NCBI RefSeq assembly: GCF_000150275.1 | Contig: NW_002061340.1 | Location: 1-5,821, forward strand | Length of the DNA: 5,821 nt | Reading direction: 5' to 3' | From: Trichoplax adhaerens | Lineage: Eukaryota; Animalia; Placozoa | In this document: in pieces, positions 1 to 5,821 of the stretch | Layout of the letters: each line of letters begins with the position of its first letter | Numbering within the stretch: position 1 is the stretch's first letter | Made by a program: the position numbers and the translations under genes | The notes under the pieces: model-generated | What the model was told of the DNA's origin: nothing | What the model saw: only the letters and a program-made list of their open reading frames with translations | The model's database searches: none

Positions 1-67
1 TGGAAGATTATCGACAGTTTAGATCTGTAAACAAATTTTAACTTGCAGTTTGACGAAAACAACTTAC
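1..67 (-). other. Next intron (phase 0), partial; runs off the window edge
   Basis: Canonical donor GTAAGT at 67-62 follows the ...VLSG codon. The expected continuation (M.RPIQVKPAD-like) is absent from 1-61. Confidence 0.88.
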
Positions 68-150
68 TCCTGATAAAACTTTCTTTTCATGGAAAGCTGA
101 CTGAGCAGCTTCGGCACTAGATTTCTTACAATATGTTACAAAAGCACATC
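68..150 (-). CDS. CELF: CELF3-6-like protein, coding exon 2 (83 nt): second half of RRM1
   Basis: The reverse complement reads ttttatgttttag|GA TGT GCT TTT GTA ACA TAT TGT AAG AAA TCT AGT GCC GAA GCT GCT CAG TCA GCT TTC CAT GAA AAG AAA GTT TTA TCA GGA|gtaagt, giving (G)CAFVTYCKKSSAEAAQSAFHEKKVLSG. This is colinear with CELF3-6 GCAFLTYC.R.SALKAQSALHEQKTLPG. The phase matches exon 1 and completes RNP1 (KGCAFVTY). Confidence 0.95.
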
Positions 151-3100
151 CTAAAACATAAAATAAAAGCATAGAAGAATGGAAAGATTACTTTTATGCA
201 GAGTACAGTCATCGAAAAATATAAAACAAAAATAAATTAATCCTCTTCATTAGTATCATTAACTGAATGACTTTTACATCAATAACTACTATAACAATAT
301 TGGTCTGTACTTGTACGTTAATGTATGAAAATATCAGTTTTAGCCCAAAGTAATGTCAATGTTGGCAACGTGAATTTCCATAATTGCTAACTTAACCTAT
401 ACATCTAAGAGGGAAGAGATGATGTACCCATACCAACAGCAGACGATGCCACGAATAGTATAAAGAACTGTGCCTATTGCAATCCTAAAATTGTCATAGT
501 GTTATGTGCAGCATCCATATAGTATGCTACAGTATAGGAATCGTTGCAACAATTATGTGACTGATCTTTAAAGAAAGCCTAAACGGAAATAAGACAATCT
601 AGGCACTCACTGTCATATAATTTGCAACATTTTTAATTGGAAATTGTCGTTGTGTAACAGTTATCTAAGTTAATGATTTGAAATAGACTTTACGACACTA
701 AACTGGCCAGATTACAACACGATGTAATATTTTCTCTTTTCATAAAGTCTCTTAATTATTGACTTTACAAAGACAGTGATACGAACTTAGTATCAGTTGC
801 TCCGTTGTAGATTGCTAAATATAAGGTACATAAAACCGTTAAATTCAATTCTCAACAAACAAGAATGCCTTGTTGAATCGATGAAATGAAAAGCACTAAG
901 CATGCTACTTACATTATGCAGTCAAAGACTGCTAGCAATATATCAATGTCATTTTAGTAGCCTATGGTACAGCATATTGTATAATGCGTAACCCCCCAAA
1001 ATTGAAGATTTCTTTTCGATATTGTAGTTGTAGTCTACTGTAGTATGGATTCAATTACACCGTCTATACAGGCTACAGCACAATCCATAGTAGTACAAAC
1101 TGCATTTTATCATGCTGCGTCATGACAACCTGTCAAATTCAATTTTGAAGCTGTAGTGCTCATGAATAAGAAATAATTGCAGTATTTCGTTCTACAGATA
1201 AATCGGTTTATTGATACCTATCCTGATTTTATTATTTTTTATAAGATAAAGTGGTATGTTTCTTTCGGAGCTTTCTATGACTTTATTTTCATCCATGGAG
1301 TAGAGTACAGTGATAATTAATGATTTTCTTGCCTAGCTTACTCATTTTTTCCTAGGCTCCAATTGCTCTCCGTATTCGATTGATTGTAATAATAGGGCAT
1401 GCGCTCATCAGTGAAGTTAGGAGAATAACGCAGGGAACCAGGGAGTTCTTGTCATTAATTCAAAAATGCATTTAAATGCAGTTATAGCTGATGATGTTGT
1501 ACAATAAGGCAGATTGTAGAATTTATCTGACTAAAGTTAATCCGTGCTCCAGAATCCATCCTGACACGATCTATATTAATGGCCTGTCATTGTAATAGCG
1601 AGAAGACTAGGAGATTGATTTAATCATTACTCAATTAAGTTAAGAGAAAATTAATGACCCTATACTCAAGTATTTGATCAATAATTAAATATCTATCTCT
1701 ATATATATACTGTATAATATAATTGTAATAGCCATTGGCTTCTTTGTAGGCGCATGTATTTTCCAATACTGAGTCCGTTGCGCTGTTCCTAGGTGTGATC
1801 ATTGGACCAAACGGTACAGTACTGCCTGACTGTGGATTAGAATTACAATACGTGCACAACAGTGGTCACCTTCGTATCGGGCACAGTATAGGTAGTCACG
1901 CGTAGTCGCTCAAGAAGGTGAAACAAGTCAAACTTGACCATGGCTAATCATGAATTGTATGATTCTTGTCAAGGCTGGATAACGTCTACTACAATATGCA
2001 GTATCCGGCATTTAGTGCTTGCAGATCTATGGTAGCCGATTGTGATGGAGAAATATCGTCAAGGAGATTTGACTAGGTGCAATCTGATGCAGAACACACT
2101 TTGATACTTTGTTTCGTTTTTACAATGCACATTGGACTTCTTTGATTGGCTGCAGCAACACGCTGGTGAGCCACAGTCCTTGCAGTCCAGTATAGTACTG
2201 TAAAGCTGCTACTGTACTGTAGCGTTGAGTGAAAAAGCTCTTTCAAAGTGTTGACTACAGTACTACAATGGACTGTAGATTTTCTATTTGTTCTGGGGGT
2301 CCATGCGACGATGGGACCATGCAAGAGATTCTTTTTCTACAGAATCAGATCCTCAATAAATTTTTAATTTTCAACAGCAAATAATTTCCCTTTTGTCGTT
2401 ATTATCAAGGCAAATGATTGGAGAATGAAAACGGTGTTCTGACGAGATCTGGAATCAGTATCCGATTGCAAGTTATTCCAACCACGGATGATTGCAGACA
2501 GGAGACCTCGACAACAAAAACTTGGCGATTCTGCAATGCTCTCTACTGTACTGTATAGTACAGGACAATATTACAGTACAAAACTTAGTTGATTATTTAG
2601 CTGTTCGAGTGGCAGTGAGATTAGTCAAACTAGACATCGTCGTCTTCAAGTTCACCGAACCTACAGTACTCATCGTACATGACCAAACAGTACTTTTACG
2701 ATGGCGACACAGTGTCGTCAAGATCGAGCCAAGAAAGCATACCGTAGTTGGCTCAGACAAATATTTGTCTCAATTGTCACATGTTACTGTTAAAACTCAG
2801 TCTGGAACTGCAAAGTGCTGACACTATTCTTCCCTAGTGTACAGCAGCCGGCACAAGTGCCTACGACTGCGTACAGTCTACTATACTCTATGTCCAGAGT
2901 GAATTGCAGCACTGGCAGTGCAGCAGTTTGGACTCGTTACATTATGACAATGCCACCAATTCAGCATTCATACTGTACTAAGACTGACTGGGAATCGTGC
3001 ACACTGCACTGTGCAGTGGCATTAACACATTGATTAGAAGGGGCATTTCTAAAAAATGATTCATCAAAAAATTCTTGTCCAAAAAATGAATTGAAAGTGA

Positions 3101-3917
3101 GGAGTTTGACCCTCACTAATCTACGTGTAGGGTCTGCTTGGTGTCTATCTATTTTCCATGCTTGTGAGTTACTGTACTCTCTGTGCAAATGGTGATCACT
3201 GGCATGAAACAAACAGTGGATCGAGTGTTGTAAATGCTCAGACTTTACAATTATTCAGATGACGTCTAAAAGTTGTTCACAACCCTTACAGAGTCTTCAA
3301 GCACAATATCTCGTATGCTATACTGTCTGCCGCACCATCAATGATACAGAACGAATCGCAAAACCAAAGGACATGACAGTCTTTGAAGATAAAGCCAACA
3401 CTGCTGTACAGCTTGTGCCTATTGTTGCAGACAGTATACTGTACGGAACATCAAGTCATCCATTAGAACTGTCCATGGTTGGGTCTACAATATCATTCTT
3501 TCCTCCATATCAAGATGCAAAATCACTTCTTTACAGGCGATACTGCGGGCTGGGTCCGTGTAATGCAATTGATCCGCGATACTGTTCTCTACTGTGGAAT
3601 GATCGTTGCTGACCAACAATACATCTATCATTAAAATGCCAATGATATACGCACAGATGTGTCGATATGAAGTATTTTAAATGCTATAACAGCAGCACCA
3701 GTTTCCATCATTTTTTTACTTGACTACAGTCTACTGTATACTATCGTTTTACAAAGTTATTGGGTCACTTGGGTGTCTCTAATCTCGACTTTCGTCATGC
3801 ACTATACTATAGTAAAAAGACTAGGGATGAAGTGAAATTGATATTATCAGCTCGTAAACTCATGAGCAAGTGGCCAATGCATGTTGAATCGCTTATGCAT
3901 CTACTTGTTTAACCTAC
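151..3917 (-). other. Spliceosomal intron between coding exons 1 and 2 (3767 nt, GT-AG, phase 1)
   Basis: Donor GTAGGT at 3917-3912. Acceptor TAG at 153-151, preceded by a long U-rich pyrimidine tract (about 240-154). Branch-point-like TACTAAT at 255-249. Joining the exons restores HKGCAF without gaps. Confidence 0.92.
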
Positions 3918-4146
3918 CTTTATGTTGTTTGGTAGTTCGATCTTTGATAACAGCTAACTCGTAGATCGGACCAAATTGATCAAATAATGAATGGAGATCT
4001 TCTTCCGTACAGTCGCGTGGCAGTTGACCGACAAACAATTTGATTGCGTCCTTATCTTTTACGGCGCTTGTTATTTGTAATGAATCATTTCCATTGCTAT
4101 CGACGGATGTTGTCGGTCCATTACTACTGTTACCAGGTGCTGCCAT
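3918..4146 (-). CDS. CELF: CELF/Bruno-like RNA-binding protein (CELF3-6 subfamily), coding exon 1: N-terminal leader and first half of RRM1
   Basis: Translation MAAPGNSS...[47 protein letters not shown](G) matches CELF3-6 RRM1 ([15 protein letters not shown]..E.DL...F.QFG.IYEL.V.KD..T..HKG), with RNP2 LFVGQL. The ATG at 4146-4144 has G at -3 and +4, and an in-frame TGA lies two codons upstream. The exon ends at AAG|GTAGGT (229 nt, phase 1). The RLNK* tail in the ORF track is intron read-through. Confidence 0.95.
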
Positions 4147-4249
4147 TACTCACTTTCGCTGACTGACTCTTGGAGTCGCTTCCTATCACCTGATAATTAT
4201 GTACGTAATTTGCAAGATCTGCGATGACAGCGATGCGTGTTATCGACTA

Positions 4250-4436
4250 TACTGTAACTTTGGAACACAGTACAGTATTATCCAACACAGCTACAGTAAA
4301 AGTTAGCTTGAACAAAGTGGCTACTGTACACTACTACAGTACTGTACTACAGTACAGTAGCGACTCCACTCAACGTTGAAATTGTACCGTACTGTAGAGA
4401 TTGGATTACCCGCTGAAAAGAAAAATGAGTACAGTA
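4250..4436. repeat. Cluster of TACWGTA units including a 42-bp quasi-palindrome (4320-4361)
   Basis: Ten TACWGTA copies by manual count. 10-bp arms GCTACTGTAC / GTACAGTAGC are concentric with the central 12-bp palindrome TACAGTACTGTA. Confidence 0.8.
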
Positions 4437-4604
4437 CTGCAGTTTTCCGCCACCACGGTGACACAAAGTACAAACGTGCCAAAGTGCACCACTAGTCGAC
4501 TACACCACAAGCGAGTTCAGCCGATAGCAGTCTACTGGTCCTACAGTCTCCACTACAGTCAAGCACAAGTACTATGCCACTAGCAAAGCACTCTGCCATT
4601 CAGA

Positions 4605-4625
4605 TCACGTGGTATACTGACGTCA
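4605..4625. promoter_or_regulatory. Putative promoter module: E-box CACGTG (4606-4611) plus full CRE TGACGTCA (4618-4625)
   Basis: Exact matches to bHLH(-ZIP) and CREB/ATF palindromic consensus sites, 6 bp apart and about 460-480 bp upstream of the CELF ATG, in a CpG-containing segment. Function is not demonstrated. Confidence 0.45.
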
Positions 4626-4678
4626 TTAACTCATCGCTACATCATGGACATGAACGAGTTGATGGCCCATGCTGAGCT

Positions 4679-4808
4679 CTACAGTACTCAGTACTGTAGC
4701 ACAGTACAGTATACTGTACTGTACTGTAATGCTTGCTAGGGACTTGTGTACAGTACTCTGCACTCTACTCTCCTCTACTCTACTGTACTGTACAGTACAC
4801 TGTACAGT
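4679..4808. repeat. Degenerate period-5 simple repeat (ACAGT/ACTGT/ACTCT) with embedded palindromes
   Basis: CTACAGTACT-C-AGTACTGTAG (4679-4699). Perfect 22-bp palindrome ACAGTACAGTATACTGTACTGT (4701-4722). ACTCT-type run at about 4754-4781. Perfect 16-bp palindrome TGTACTGTACAGTACA (4784-4799). Confidence 0.85.
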
Positions 4809-5821
4809 CTTGAGTCTTTCTGTAGCTTGGGTACTCTACTGTTACACTATTTACTGCATTTTTCTCATTCACTGGCGATTTGGCCAAGAAACAGGATCGA
4901 CTCCAATCTCAGCGCAACCTTGTTTAAAGAAGTGGATGCATTTTATAAGTTTGCAACTGGACTAGGGATCCAAGCTTATCATTTCATGACTGATAAAATA
5001 GTTATAGAAAGATCTTATTGATACTCTGGCTGGTTTATTGAATGAACAATTTGCCAAAACGATACAAGGTAAGCTCAAGTAAATCAAGTAGATATTATAA
5101 ATACACAACTGTGTCAAGGGAAAGACCAAACCAACTGGAGCCAATTGCATTTTGTCTTGTTTTCAATAAGGCTGCCATGGATTATTCACCTCGAACGATA
5201 CGAGTACTCTACTGTACTGTAATGTACATTATTAGAATTGCCTAATCAGCAATCCACCGATGTACTGTAAAGATCAGCACGTTACACGCCTTTATAGAAT
5301 GATTTACTGTTGAAATAGATAGGAAATGATGTTTCTTTTTGATCATTACACTACATAACTTGATAGATATTGATAGATGCGACATCAACATGACTAACTT
5401 AATATCAAGTTGGTTAGCGTGAAAGGAGACAAGACTGAAGCACAGAATACTGTAGCGTCTACTGACGCAGTTCTAAAAAGTATCGACATACACAGTACAG
5501 TAGATATCCCGTATAGCGTGCAGTCGGGAGAATACTCTGAAATACAAGTACTATTACTTGACGAGCAATCAGTTTACCACTAGGAAAGGGAGCAAGTACG
5601 TTGCATCATTGTTGCATGGCTTAAAGCTAAAAATGGTTGTATCAGCCATCGGAGTTGAACCATGCAAAGCTATACTTCTTTACTTTAAATATACTGTACA
5701 ATCAATTGAGATGATACTGTGAGTCGTTTACAGGATAGCTATTTAATTAATTTATAATTAGATATTAAAATGATAGTGTACGGTAGACGCTTTCATACAA
5801 ATTTTTATGCGTTGCTTGGTG

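Noticed and set aside
1-35. Acceptor-like TTTGTTTACAG (minus strand, about 35-25) as the start of exon 3
   Set aside because: It would give a roughly 43-nt intron followed by ATC TAA, not the expected M.RPIQVKPAD-like sequence.
1370-1411. CUGAUGA (minus strand) as a hammerhead ribozyme core or snoRNA C box
   Set aside because: No stem II closed by GAAA (only GAAU), and no terminal stem with a suitably placed D box.
1635-2324. Minus-strand ORFs 1635-1859 and 2073-2324 as alternative CELF exons
   Set aside because: No RRM similarity; exons 1 and 2 already join into an uninterrupted RRM1.
2439-2470. CUGACGA followed by a small hairpin (plus strand) as a hammerhead ribozyme
   Set aside because: The required GAAA after stem II is missing (CGAUU), and stems I and III were not found.
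2600-2617. GTTCGA as a tRNA T-loop or Pol III B box
   Set aside because: No cloverleaf, no A box, and an imperfect consensus.
2492-3612. ORFs 2492-2821, 2815-3033, 2961-3212 and 3259-3612
   Set aside because: Short, intronic, several with non-ATG starts, repeat-derived peptides, and no recognisable family or convincing splice structure.
3901-3917. C-terminal RLNK* of the 81-aa ORF
   Set aside because: Lies past the AAG|GTAGGT donor, so it is intron sequence.
4250-4810. CRISPR-like array
   Set aside because: No constant-length repeats with unique spacers; eukaryotic intron-containing context.
4941-4947. TATAAAA on the minus strand as a TATA box
   Set aside because: Expected by chance in AT-rich DNA, about 800 bp from the ATG, and no TSS evidence.
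4669-5021. Plus-strand ORFs 4669-4965 and 4746-5021
   Set aside because: The YSTVL/LYCTV periodicity is just the translation of the stop-poor pentamer repeat; no domain is recognisable.
4401-5245. ORFs 4401-4583, 4962-5150 and 5042-5245
   Set aside because: 60-67 aa, no recognisable motif, consistent with random ORFs in upstream DNA.

Overview
AT-rich eukaryotic (probably animal) genomic DNA holding the 5' end of a CELF/Bruno-like RNA-binding protein gene of the CELF3-6 (bru-3/unc-75) subfamily on the minus strand. Coding exon 1 (4146-3918) and an 83-nt coding exon 2 (150-68), which the ORF track misses, splice across a 3767-nt phase-1 GT-AG intron to rebuild most of RRM1. The gene continues off the left edge. 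Upstream (4147-5821) is putative 5'UTR/promoter with an adjacent E-box and a perfect CRE. The most striking non-coding signal is the self-complementary motif TACWGTA (ACAGT/ACTGT pentamer units). By hand I count about 42 copies, none in the two exons and about 20 in 4250-4800, where they build perfect and near-perfect palindromes. No RNA gene, transposase or CRISPR array is supported. The other listed ORFs look spurious. The organism cannot be determined; an early-branching animal such as a placozoan is only a guess.
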